Of a DNA stretch of 64,000 nucleotides, positions 29,722 through 38,052 are shown in pieces. Source of the DNA: Candidatus Lustribacter sp. (GTDB lineage: Bacteria > Vulcanimicrobiota > Vulcanimicrobiia > Vulcanimicrobiales > Vulcanimicrobiaceae); assembly GCA_965277805.1 (NCBI GenBank), contig OZ255842.1:2880001-2944000 (forward strand), read 5' to 3'. The position numbers and the translations under genes were made by a program. How positions within the stretch are numbered: position 1 is the first letter of the stretch; every line of letters starts with the position of its first letter. Under the pieces are notes generated by a model. That model saw only the letters and a list, made by a program, of their open reading frames with translations. It did no database searches and was not told the origin of the DNA.

Positions 29722-30716
29722 GCGGCGCGCCGGCGCCGAAACGCGATGAATAGAAACACCGGCACGCCGATCAATGACAGCAGCACCCCGATCGGCAATT
29801 CGATCGGCGGAGCGGCCGAGCGTGCGAGAGTATCGGCCAGCACGACGATCGCGGCGCCGGCCGGAATGCTCGCGGGCACGGTCCAGCGCATATCCGATCC
29901 GCAGATCGCGCGCGCGAGATGCGGTACGATCAGCCCGACGAAGCCGATCACGCCGCTGACGCTCACCGCCGCGGCAACGAGCAGCGACGACGCGATCAGC
30001 GCGAGCCAGCGCGTGCGTGAGAGATCGACGCCGAGCGCCACGGCGCGCGCATCGCCCAACCGGATCGCGTTGAGCGCCGGCACTACCGCTGCCGCGAACG
30101 CGAAGCCGAGCGCGGCGTACGCCGCCGCCCAACCGAAATCGGTCCAACCGTGACCGGTGAGCGAGCCGCCGAGCCAGGCGAGGATGCTCAGCGACACGCT
30201 CGCGCTCGGCGAGAGCATGATGACGAGCGTCGTCATGCCCGCAAACAGCGACGTGACCGCGATACCGGCCAAAATCAATCGTTCGGGCGACACCCCGCGT
30301 CCGCGGCGCGCGAGCGCGGCCACACCGACGGTCGTTGCAAGTGCCGCCGCAAATGCAATGCCGGCGTAGAACGGCGAGGGAACGCCCAGAGCGATCGCGA
30401 TCGCGATGGTGAACGCGGCGCCCGCGCTGCCGCCGGTGAGATACGGGTCGACCAAGCCGTTGCGCAACATGCTTTGCAGCAGGCTTCCGCTCACGCCGAG
30501 CGCGGCGCCGACGAGCATCGCGATCGTGACCCGCGGCAAACGCAGTGCCCAGACGATTGCGCCGGCGTCTCCGCCGGCATGCGGGTGCGCGAGCGCGCCG
30601 AGCACGCTCGAAAGCGGCAGGTTGACCGAACCGATCGTCACGCCGGCCGCGACGGCAACGAGCAAGAACACGATCAGCGCCGCGAGGCTGATGCTGCGAC
30701 GCAGCGTCAGGGTCAT
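29718..30716 (-). CDS. btuC: Cobalamin/iron-chelate ABC transporter permease (BtuC/FecCD)
   Basis: LRLPR, RNGLVDPY, LG...A..LGV, IGFVGLIVPH, ADTLAR, ELPIG. GTG 30746 is an alternative start. Confidence 0.88.
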   Translation of the reverse strand: MTLTLRRSISLAALIVFLLVAVAAGVTIGSVNLPLSSVLGALAHPHAGGDAGAIVWALRLPRVTIAMLVGAALGVSGSLLQSMLRNGLVDPYLTGGSAGAAFTIAIAIALGVPSPFYAGIAFAAALATTVGVAALARRGRGVSPERLILAGIAVTSLFAGMTTLVIMLSPSASVSLSILAWLGGSLTGHGWTDFGWAAAYAALGFAFAAAVVPALNAIRLGDARAVALGVDLSRTRWLALIASSLLVAAAVSVSGVIGFVGLIVPHLARAICGSDMRWTVPASIPAGAAIVVLADTLARSAAPPIELPIGVLLSLIGVPVFLFIAFRRRRAA

Positions 30717-30758
30717 CGAACGGCCCTTCAGCGATGCCGCGTTCACTCCTCGCCGCGC

Positions 30759-30800
30759 AAAAACAAACGCGCCCCGCAGACGAATCTGCGAGGCGCGCTT
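30759..30800 (-). terminator. Intrinsic terminator of the porin gene
   Basis: Minus strand GCGCGCCTCGCAGA-TTCG-TCTGCGGGGCGCGT followed by TTGTTTTT. Confidence 0.85.
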
Positions 30801-30829
30801 GACGACGTATCGTTTACGTCAGTCCGGGT

Positions 30830-32155
30830 TTACGGCCACTTGACGATGGCTTCGACACCAAACTGGGCATTCGAGTAGTACTTGTTCCCGCCGATGCCGA
30901 CGAAGAACGGTTGGCTCGTCTTGTCGCCGCGGACTTCACCGCGGAGAATGACGTTGTTGTTCGGAGCGTACTGGATTGTCGCCGTAGCTTCACCCCAGCG
31001 CATCGATTCGCCGGTACGAAGACCGCCGTAGTCGCCGAAGCCCTCGCCGCGTAGCGTGGCGCTCCATTGGCTGTTGATCGTGTAGTTGACGTAACCCGCG
31101 AGACCATCCCACGTGCCCGTACCGTAACCGATGATCGCGGTGCCGGGACCGTTGAGGATGTTCGAGTTCGTCTGTTGACCGGCATCGCCGTTGAGGACGA
31201 ACTTCAGGTTCGGGAGCGCATTCCACGTCAACACGACGTCGATGAGGCTCTTGTTCGGACGCGCCGGTGAGACCACATAGAGTCCCGGCGTGGCCATGGC
31301 ATACGCTTCTTCGACTTGGCCGGTGTAACCGTCGACCGTCGCCGAGAAGGCTTTGCTCGGATTCCAGATCGCGCCGCCCTCGATCGTCAACGAGTTGGAG
31401 TCGTTGGCTTCGGGAGCACCGCCGAAGTTATTGAACGGGGGCGGGAAGTTGTTCTGCGGCGCGTTCAACGCCCAGACCGTGTCCCAGCCCTTGTTGACGC
31501 CGGCCACGAACGAGAGGTTCCCGTTCATCGCCCAGGTCAGACGGCCGCCGGTGTGCGTGAACGGCACCGCGTAACCGAAGAGAATCGAGCGCGAGAAGTT
31601 GAGATCGCTCGGGCTCTCGATGACTTCGGCGCCGGCCAGCGTTTCGAATCGGCCGACGATACCGGTGAATTGACCGCTGCTCAATTGCAGGTAGGCCTGC
31701 GTGAGATCGATCGAGGGACCCGACAAGACCGTTCCCGTGCCGTTGAGGCTCGGAGCACCGTCGAGTTGGCTCTTGGGCCACGAGTTCGTGACGTTGGCGT
31801 CATCGCCGAAGATCGCCTCAACCTTACCGCCGATGGGACCGTTGTAGGCGACTTGAAGGTTGAAGTTGTGGAACTGGATTTGCTGATTGAGATCGTCGAA
31901 GACGCGCCCGGAGATGAACGAGCCGCCGGGGGATCCCACCGCGCTCGCAATTGAGGCCGAGGTGTAACCCGCGTCAGCGTATCCGCTAACCTGGAGCAAA
32001 TGGGGCGGCGGAGTCGGTGTGGGGGAGGGCGCCGGTGCAGGTTGTGCAGGAGCGGGTGCGGCTTGCGCCACCACTTCGTCTGCGCCCGCAGGTGATGCAT
32101 TCCACATCGCAATCGCCCCAACGATTGCGGCGAGAGATGCTAGTCGTAGTTTCAA
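30830..32155 (-). CDS. Outer membrane beta-barrel porin (BBP2/OmpL-like family)
   Basis: Signal peptide, Pro-rich linker, SGY.D.GY, QAY, GRFETLAGAEVIES..N.SRS.LF, PFTHTG, LRGE.R.D. AAGGA SD before TTG. Confidence 0.8.
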   Translation of the reverse strand: MKLRLASLAAIVGAIAMWNASPAGADEVVAQAAPAPAQPAPAPSPTPTPPPHLLQVSGYADAGYTSASIASAVGSPGGSFISGRVFDDLNQQIQFHNFNLQVAYNGPIGGKVEAIFGDDANVTNSWPKSQLDGAPSLNGTGTVLSGPSIDLTQAYLQLSSGQFTGIVGRFETLAGAEVIESPSDLNFSRSILFGYAVPFTHTGGRLTWAMNGNLSFVAGVNKGWDTVWALNAPQNNFPPPFNNFGGAPEANDSNSLTIEGGAIWNPSKAFSATVDGYTGQVEEAYAMATPGLYVVSPARPNKSLIDVVLTWNALPNLKFVLNGDAGQQTNSNILNGPGTAIIGYGTGTWDGLAGYVNYTINSQWSATLRGEGFGDYGGLRTGESMRWGEATATIQYAPNNNVILRGEVRGDKTSQPFFVGIGGNKYYSNAQFGVEAIVKWP

Positions 32156-32280
32156 GTGTTTCCTTTTCTCATAAAGAGCGTTCGCCCGTGCAAGGACCCC
32201 ACAGCCACGCGGCTCCGGGGAAAACGGCCGAACGGAGACAAGGCTCCCCGCGCAGGCGCGCGAGGACTGACCTCCTGTTA

Positions 32281-32309
32281 ATATTATCCCACGATTCGAC
32301 TAGCGGCAA
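32281..32309 (-). promoter_or_regulatory. Sigma70-type promoter for the porin gene
   Basis: Minus strand TTGCCG-N17-TAATAT, implying a leader of about 120 nt. Confidence 0.6.
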
Positions 32310-32390
32310 CCACTATTGGTAGGAGAGGTCGCCTTTTTTTCTATGCAAATGGCGAGTCAGCAAGCAGGCGGGTCCTCGAACGGCCTGCGA

Positions 32391-32795
32391 CTATTGCGTG
32401 GGCGACTGCGCGGTGAAGCCGCTGTGCGCGTCGCCGGACGAGACCCAGCCGTAGTGGCCCCGATTGGGGCCGGAGGTCAGCTTGACCCCTACCGTATCCT
32501 GAGCGACGGAGGAGTACCGCGGCTTGGAACTCAGCGGATCGCACGCAACGACGATCGCATGCGTGCCCGACTTGGAGAGCACCGTATGCGTGAGGACGTC
32601 AGATGTGTTCTTCATGGCCCCGCTGACGTAATCGATCGCGCGCTGACGCGAATCCCACACGAGCACGTCAGGATCGAAATCGCTCGAGCGCAAAACGACG
32701 GCGGCACCCGTCGACAACGAGCACGAACTCGCGTCAGCCGGTGGCGCCGAAAACCATAGCGCCGCCAGCAGTGCGGCGATGACCGAACGTACCAC
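32391..32795 (-). CDS. Small secreted hypothetical protein
   Basis: Signal peptide (..PPADA), two Cys, plausible codon usage, fills an intergenic gap. Ends GPNRGHYGWVSS.D, weakly SH3-like. Confidence 0.7.
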   Translation of the reverse strand: MVRSVIAALLAALWFSAPPADASSCSLSTGAAVVLRSSDFDPDVLVWDSRQRAIDYVSGAMKNTSDVLTHTVLSKSGTHAIVVACDPLSSKPRYSSVAQDTVGVKLTSGPNRGHYGWVSSGDAHSGFTAQSPTQ

Positions 32796-32886
32796 GCGGC
32801 CCTCTGCACCGAATGTCGACCGCTGTCCTGGCGCAGCCGCTGTTCTTGCTGGGTAACGCTCGCACTTTCAGGGAACGAGCAAGTAC

Positions 32887-33834
32887 GTGAAAAAATTCGT
32901 TCGTCCGCTCGCAGCGGGTGCCGGGTTAACGGGCGCGCTCGCCGTGTTCAATCGCAGTGTGAGCAACGGACCCGAACCCATCAACGCGCTGGGCGGTACC
33001 GTTCGGCGCTGGAACTGGCGCGGCCACGGCATCTTCTCCACCGAATCCGGCACCGGTCCGCTGATCGTGCTCGTGCATGGCGTCTACGCAGGCGCATCGT
33101 CGTACGAGTATCGCAAACTCTTTCCGCTGCTCGCCGCAAACCATCGCGTAGTGGCGTTCGATCTGCTGGGCTGCGGTCTCTCCGATCGTCCGAATCTGGG
33201 CTATTCCGCCGATCTCTTCACCGAGCTCGTTATCGACGCGATGGCCGACGCCGGCGGTGCGGAGCCGGTGACCGTCGTCGGGTCATCGCTCGGCGCGGCC
33301 TTCGCTATTCGCGCCGCAGCTCGTTCGAAGCAACGCATCGCCGGCGTGGTCGCGATTTGTCCGACCGGCCTCGGCGGCGTGCTCGACCGCACGCCCAACG
33401 GCGCGCAGCTTGCGCTCACGGGCACCGTGCGCACGCCGCTGCTCGGAGAAGCGTTGTTCAACGGCCTTGCCTCGCGGCCGTCGATCCGCTACTTCTTGGG
33501 CCAAGCCAGCTACGCGGACCCCGCCAGCGCAACACCGGAGATCATCGATCATTACTACGCCGTCGCGCACCAGCCCGGCGCGCGTTACGTTCCCGCGCAC
33601 TTCGTCGGCGGGATGCTCAACTGCAACATCGCGCAAGATCTGCCGTTCGTCGACGCACCGATCCTGGTTGCCTGGGGCGAACACGCGTCGTCGTTCTCAC
33701 CGCTCGCCAATGCGGGTGAATTTCTCAAGCTCGCGCAGCACGCGAAGCTCGTGACGTTCGCAAATTCGGGCTTGCTGCCGCACGAAGAAGAACCCGAAGC
33801 CATGTGTGCCGCCATCGAGGCCTTCCAGAACTAG
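32887..33834 (+). CDS. Alpha/beta fold hydrolase
   Basis: LVHG, DLLGCGLSDRP, GSSLG, LPHEEEP. Confidence 0.88.
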   Translation: MKKFVRPLAAGAGLTGALAVFNRSVSNGPEPINALGGTVRRWNWRGHGIFSTESGTGPLIVLVHGVYAGASSYEYRKLFPLLAANHRVVAFDLLGCGLSDRPNLGYSADLFTELVIDAMADAGGAEPVTVVGSSLGAAFAIRAAARSKQRIAGVVAICPTGLGGVLDRTPNGAQLALTGTVRTPLLGEALFNGLASRPSIRYFLGQASYADPASATPEIIDHYYAVAHQPGARYVPAHFVGGMLNCNIAQDLPFVDAPILVAWGEHASSFSPLANAGEFLKLAQHAKLVTFANSGLLPHEEEPEAMCAAIEAFQN

Positions 33835-34595
33835 GGGAGGCCGTTGCCGTTGCTCCACGGCAGCGTGGCCGGCGCGTCTTGCGGTGCGGGGTTGCTCGCG
33901 GCACACGAACCGGTTCCGGCCACGCACGAGTACACGACGTGAATCGTCGTGTCGTCGGGGGCGGGTGAAGCGAAGGCCGGTAACGGGCCGCTCCAACCCG
34001 CATCGTCGCCTTCGTGATAACCGGCCGGATTCGCCGCGTCGGTAACACCGCTGACGATGACGTACGGCGGCTGCGCGAAGAGGCGCAACGTGACCGTATA
34101 CCGCCCGTGTGCGAGCGGACTGACGGTGCCGTTTGCATCCGCCGGCCCGGCGTCGCTCGTGATCGCGAGCGAGAGCCGCGATTCTTGCACGAACGGCGAG
34201 CACTGGACGTCGATCGCGATATCCGGACCACCGCCGGCGGTGCCGCACAACGGAACACTCTGGGCCGTCGGCGTCACGTCGACCGCGATGCGCAGCGGCG
34301 ACGACGACGCTGCCGGAGCTTCGAGATCGTGCTGGACGCTCCACGCTGATGCGCTTTCGAGCGCGGGGATCGCCGCGGGCTCGGTCGTGAGCGTTGCGGG
34401 CGCCGCCGCGATTTGCGCACCGATCGTCGCGGCAACGTAGCGCTCGTAGCGGCCGAGCGCGGTCTCCACGCCGGGCACGATCAACGCTTTCGCTTCGGCA
34501 ACGCTCGCAGCGCGCGCCGTGCCGGCCACGCCCGCCACTGCCGAGACGGCCAAGATTGTCAGCATCGCGATCAGGACCAGCGTTTGCGCGAGCAT
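33831..34595 (-). CDS. Pilus assembly PilX-like protein (N-terminal hydrophobic helix)
   Basis: N-terminal TM helix followed by a long helix, Cys pairs, and a position directly after two prepilins. No clear G|F cleavage leader. Confidence 0.6.
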   Translation of the reverse strand: MLAQTLVLIAMLTILAVSAVAGVAGTARAASVAEAKALIVPGVETALGRYERYVAATIGAQIAAAPATLTTEPAAIPALESASAWSVQHDLEAPAASSSPLRIAVDVTPTAQSVPLCGTAGGGPDIAIDVQCSPFVQESRLSLAITSDAGPADANGTVSPLAHGRYTVTLRLFAQPPYVIVSGVTDAANPAGYHEGDDAGWSGPLPAFASPAPDDTTIHVVYSCVAGTGSCAASNPAPQDAPATLPWSNGNGLP

Positions 34596-35126
34596 CTATT
34601 GCAGCGCCGGGTCTGCGATCGCCGCCGGCAGTTGCGTTTGCGGCGCGTAGCTCGCGGGCGCCAGCTGCGTTGCGAGCGTGACCGTCGACTGCACCGCAAC
34701 GTTGCACGGATTGGGCGGATAGGCGACCGCGACAGTCAGGGTATCGCTCGGCGCATCGTAGGTGAGGTTGACGTTCATCGAGACGATGCTCGTAGCATTC
34801 GCCGAACCGCAATACGCGCGATGCACGCGCACGCCCGCGACGTAGTTCGCGGCCGATGCGAACGCCCACGCGTGATCGGCCGTCGCCGTGGCGCGCTGCG
34901 CGGGATCGGCAACCTTCGCGGCGGGATAGTAGGCGGCGGCCGCGCGAGCGCGTTCGATCGCGTTGCGCGCGATGCCGGTAGCCGCGCCGCGCAGCAGTTG
35001 CGCCTGCGAAGCGCGAGCGAGTGAGGGCAACAGCGCAAGGGCGTACACGCTGCCCACGACGAGCAGCGCAACGCAGACCACGACTTCGATCAGGCTGAAC
35101 CCGCCGTCGCTGCGCTGCTCAGTCAT
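34596..35126 (-). CDS. Prepilin-type N-methylation domain protein (PilV-like minor pilin)
   Basis: MTEQRSDGG|FSLIEVVVCVALLVV class III signal peptide. Confidence 0.85.
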   Translation of the reverse strand: MTEQRSDGGFSLIEVVVCVALLVVGSVYALALLPSLARASQAQLLRGAATGIARNAIERARAAAAYYPAAKVADPAQRATATADHAWAFASAANYVAGVRVHRAYCGSANATSIVSMNVNLTYDAPSDTLTVAVAYPPNPCNVAVQSTVTLATQLAPASYAPQTQLPAAIADPALQ

Positions 35127-36210
35127 CGAACGTCGGATCGGCGTGCATGTCCGCGCAGGCCGTGAGCGCGGCGGAGAAGGCGGCCGGTTCACCGAGGTCG
35201 CTCGCAACCTGCTGCGCGCCGCGCGCCTGCACGGCATTGCTCGCATAGTTGACGGGATACGGATCGGCGATGGTACCGGCCAGCGCAGACCCGGCCGGCG
35301 GCCACAGCGCAACCGGCCACGTCCGCTCGGCGTTGCCCGGCGCGGGACCGGTAAACGTGAACGTGTAGCCGCCCGTGACGCTATAGGCGGTGACGACGAT
35401 ACGCTGATTGCCGTTCGGCAGCGCCGAATAGCCGTACGCTGCGGGAACGTAGTACGCCGGAGTGTTTTGGAAATCGTACCCAGGCGCGCAATCGGTGAAT
35501 GCACCGTTGCGTATTTCCGGAAATGCGGTATTCGCTTCGCAGCGCCCATTACACGCGTACGTCAAGACTTGGGTGTAGGCCGACGGCCGGTTACCGGCGA
35601 CCAGATCGATCGTCGTCTGCACCGGATCGGCGTCGATGGTCACTTCGACGACGTCGTTACCGGTCGTGATGTGCGAGCCGTCAACGTCCAGCGCGTGCGA
35701 ATCGGCCGCGACCGCCGTGATCCCGGCTGCGTTGAAGAGCCCGCCATCCACGTTTCCCGAAACCGGGTCGGTGTGCGACGCGAGTGCCGGCGCCGGAATC
35801 GTGGTGACCGTCAGGCTTGCGATCGGCGAGACCGCAACTTGGGCTTGAAGCGCGGGATCGCATGGGTTCAACGGACCGGCCGCGGCAGCGCGCATGAGTG
35901 CCGGCGGCTGCGCCACGTAGAGCGCGAACGATGTGCCGCCGGCGTTGCGCTGCATGAATTCGATCGCGTCGCCGCAGCCCGAAGCGGGCTTCCACACCGC
36001 GACGGCCGAGAGCGCATCCGAACGCAGCATTCCGGAAACGACGTCGAGTTGGGCCGCCGCATCGGCGCGCTGCGCGAGCAGGTTCACGTTCCAGCCGATT
36101 TGGCGCACGGCCTCAAACCCGGCCAGCGCGACGAACACGAACAGCGCCGTCGCAACCAGCACTTCGATCAGCGTGAAGCCGGCCTCGCGCGATGTTCCGC
36201 TCGCGTGCAT
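35119..36210 (-). CDS. Prepilin-type N-methylation domain protein (PilW-like minor pilin)
   Basis: MHASGTSREAG|FTLIEVLVATALFV class III signal peptide. Confidence 0.85.
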   Translation of the reverse strand: MHASGTSREAGFTLIEVLVATALFVFVALAGFEAVRQIGWNVNLLAQRADAAAQLDVVSGMLRSDALSAVAVWKPASGCGDAIEFMQRNAGGTSFALYVAQPPALMRAAAAGPLNPCDPALQAQVAVSPIASLTVTTIPAPALASHTDPVSGNVDGGLFNAAGITAVAADSHALDVDGSHITTGNDVVEVTIDADPVQTTIDLVAGNRPSAYTQVLTYACNGRCEANTAFPEIRNGAFTDCAPGYDFQNTPAYYVPAAYGYSALPNGNQRIVVTAYSVTGGYTFTFTGPAPGNAERTWPVALWPPAGSALAGTIADPYPVNYASNAVQARGAQQVASDLGEPAAFSAALTACADMHADPTFDD

Positions 36211-36288
36211 GAGCGCAGCAGTGCCCGCTTCGCGATGCCGGTAGTCGCGGCAGGCATATAATCCTGACTCGCGGGCACTAGCCACGCG

Positions 36289-37380
36289 GTGAAGCCAACG
36301 TTCGTTGCGCCCATGGTCCTCGCGCTCGCCGCGTGCGGCGGAGGAACCGGCGGCATTTCGAGCGTGGGCGGCACATCCGCGATCGCGACTCCGAGCGCGA
36401 CCGGAGCCTCCACGACCGCAGCCCCGAGCGCGAGTCCCACAACTCCGCCCGGAGCGACGGTTGACGGTAGAGTGGTCACGATACCGGCGGATGCGTACGG
36501 ACCGGCGGCAATTGCCGGCGCAACGTACGCATCCGCGGATGCATCGCAAACCAGCCCGCTCGCCAACGCCACGGTGATTGTAGGGCCCGTGCCGATCGTG
36601 GGCGCCACGCCCCCGGCGCATCTGCCGGCCGGTGACGTCTCGGCGACGACCGATGCGAACGGCGCGTTCGCGTTGACTCCGCCGCTCGCACCGGCACCGG
36701 CATCGAGCGCCGAACCGTTCGTGATTCCACCGGATAATCTCACGGGCTTCGTATCGCCCGCGAGCGGCTACTACGTCCAAGTGTTCGGCGCAGCGACCGA
36801 CGGCAAGAGCGCCGGCGCTCCGCTTCCGCTGCATCGCTTCATCGCCGCAGGCACGGGCGTCGTGCTGCGCGTCTCAAGCACATCCACTGCCGAAGCCGCG
36901 GCGCTCACCGCAGTAAATGCCGATCGCGCCGCCAACGGCGCCGGTCCGCTGATCTTCGATGAATCCGCCCAAGAAGCAGCGCGGCTCCACGCAAGCGATG
37001 AATCGTCGGCCAATTACACCTGCCACTACGACACCAAAAACGTCGGTCCATCATCGCGATACCTCGCCGCCGGCGCAATCGGGCTTACAGGCGAGAGCCT
37101 CGCGCTCGTCTCCGGCACGGGTGCCATCGCATTCGGGTACTCCGAAGCGGGGTTCCTGGCCGAGAAAACGACAACTCCTCCCGGCGGTCACTATCTCAAT
37201 TTGGTTGACGGCGCACATCTTTGGGCCGGCCTCGCAGCCATCGTCGACGCGAGCGCTCCAGCCTTCGCAAACGTTGATTACGAACTGGTCACCCCGAACG
37301 CCATCGACGCAATTGCCGGCGCATCCGGTTACCCGGTATCCACACCTTGCCCGCCCGGAACCATGGTTAACAGTTCATAG
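36289..37380 (+). CDS. Lipoprotein with C-terminal CAP (SCP-like) domain
   Basis: Lipobox LAAC-GGG, S/T/P-rich linker, then VNADRAANGAGPL..AARLHA..GESL..GGHYLNL. Confidence 0.75.
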   Translation: MKPTFVAPMVLALAACGGGTGGISSVGGTSAIATPSATGASTTAAPSASPTTPPGATVDGRVVTIPADAYGPAAIAGATYASADASQTSPLANATVIVGPVPIVGATPPAHLPAGDVSATTDANGAFALTPPLAPAPASSAEPFVIPPDNLTGFVSPASGYYVQVFGAATDGKSAGAPLPLHRFIAAGTGVVLRVSSTSTAEAAALTAVNADRAANGAGPLIFDESAQEAARLHASDESSANYTCHYDTKNVGPSSRYLAAGAIGLTGESLALVSGTGAIAFGYSEAGFLAEKTTTPPGGHYLNLVDGAHLWAGLAAIVDASAPAFANVDYELVTPNAIDAIAGASGYPVSTPCPPGTMVNSS

Positions 37381-37457
37381 ATTGCGCAATAGTGCGCTAT
37401 ACTCGAATGGTTCCCGCGGGAAAGCCGCGACATCGGACCCGGCTCATGCTCGGATCC

Positions 37458-37488
37458 AAGGGACAGGTCTGCCGGTCCCTTAGTTTTT
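37458..37488 (+). terminator. Intrinsic terminator between convergent CAP and GNAT genes
   Basis: AAGGGAC...GTCCCTT stem followed by AGTTTTT. Confidence 0.6.
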
Positions 37489-37496
37489 GGAAGCTG

Positions 37497-37985
37497 TCAC
37501 TTCAGGGTGAGATTCAGTTCCATCGGAATCACTTCCCAACGTTCTCCGTTGGATCGGATCTCCGTCGTGGCCGGGCCGAATTCGACGAACCCAACTGACC
37601 GGTAAAGTCTCAATGCCTGCGCGTTATGTGAGTACGCGGCAAGTTCGATGTATGTAGCTCTCCGTGCTCGTGCTTTCTCGATGGCCAACGATAGCAGCAT
37701 CCGGCCGATTCCCTTTCCGCGATACGCCGCCTCGATCACCATCGCCAAAGCCGCACGGTGCTCGCGAAAATATAGCGTGACTTCGCCGACGACGGCGCCG
37801 TCGATTTCAACAAAGATCGTGACCATATTTCCGGCCGCGAGCGCAATCGCAATTCGCCGCGCGCGTTCTTCCATGTCAAAGGGAAGCTCTGTGCGGATCC
37901 ATTGATTTTCGGCGGCAACTCCAGCGATCAATCGAACGATCTCTCCGGCTTCTTCCGGGCCGGCTTCGCGAAAGGTCGGATCCAT
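37497..37985 (-). CDS. GNAT family N-acetyltransferase
   Basis: YRGKGIGRMLL acetyl-CoA motif and HNAQALRLYRSVGF. Start ATG 37985. Confidence 0.88.
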   Translation of the reverse strand: MDPTFREAGPEEAGEIVRLIAGVAAENQWIRTELPFDMEERARRIAIALAAGNMVTIFVEIDGAVVGEVTLYFREHRAALAMVIEAAYRGKGIGRMLLSLAIEKARARRATYIELAAYSHNAQALRLYRSVGFVEFGPATTEIRSNGERWEVIPMELNLTLK

Positions 37986-38052
37986 CGTACCGACGCTGCT
38001 CGGTTTTCCGTCCGCATCCTGCCGACGAACGGCGCGCACCGATAATCTAGAC

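Noticed and set aside
32305-32340. Plus-strand hairpin with T7 tract as a terminator
   Set aside because: The stem is weak and no plus-strand gene ends here. It is more likely an A-tract upstream of the porin promoter.
34593-34598. In-frame TAG-ATG junction suggesting stop read-through fusion of pilV-like and pilX-like genes
   Set aside because: The same abutting layout occurs at nuoE/nuoF and manB/dynamin, so it is ordinary gene packing.
36220-36279. GGCAC as a sigma54 -24 element
   Set aside because: No TTGC/GC at the required -12 position in any of the four instances.
37497-37985. GNAT as a toxin of a toxin-antitoxin pair
   Set aside because: No adjacent RHH/DUF1778 antitoxin gene, and the sequence looks like an ordinary acetyltransferase.
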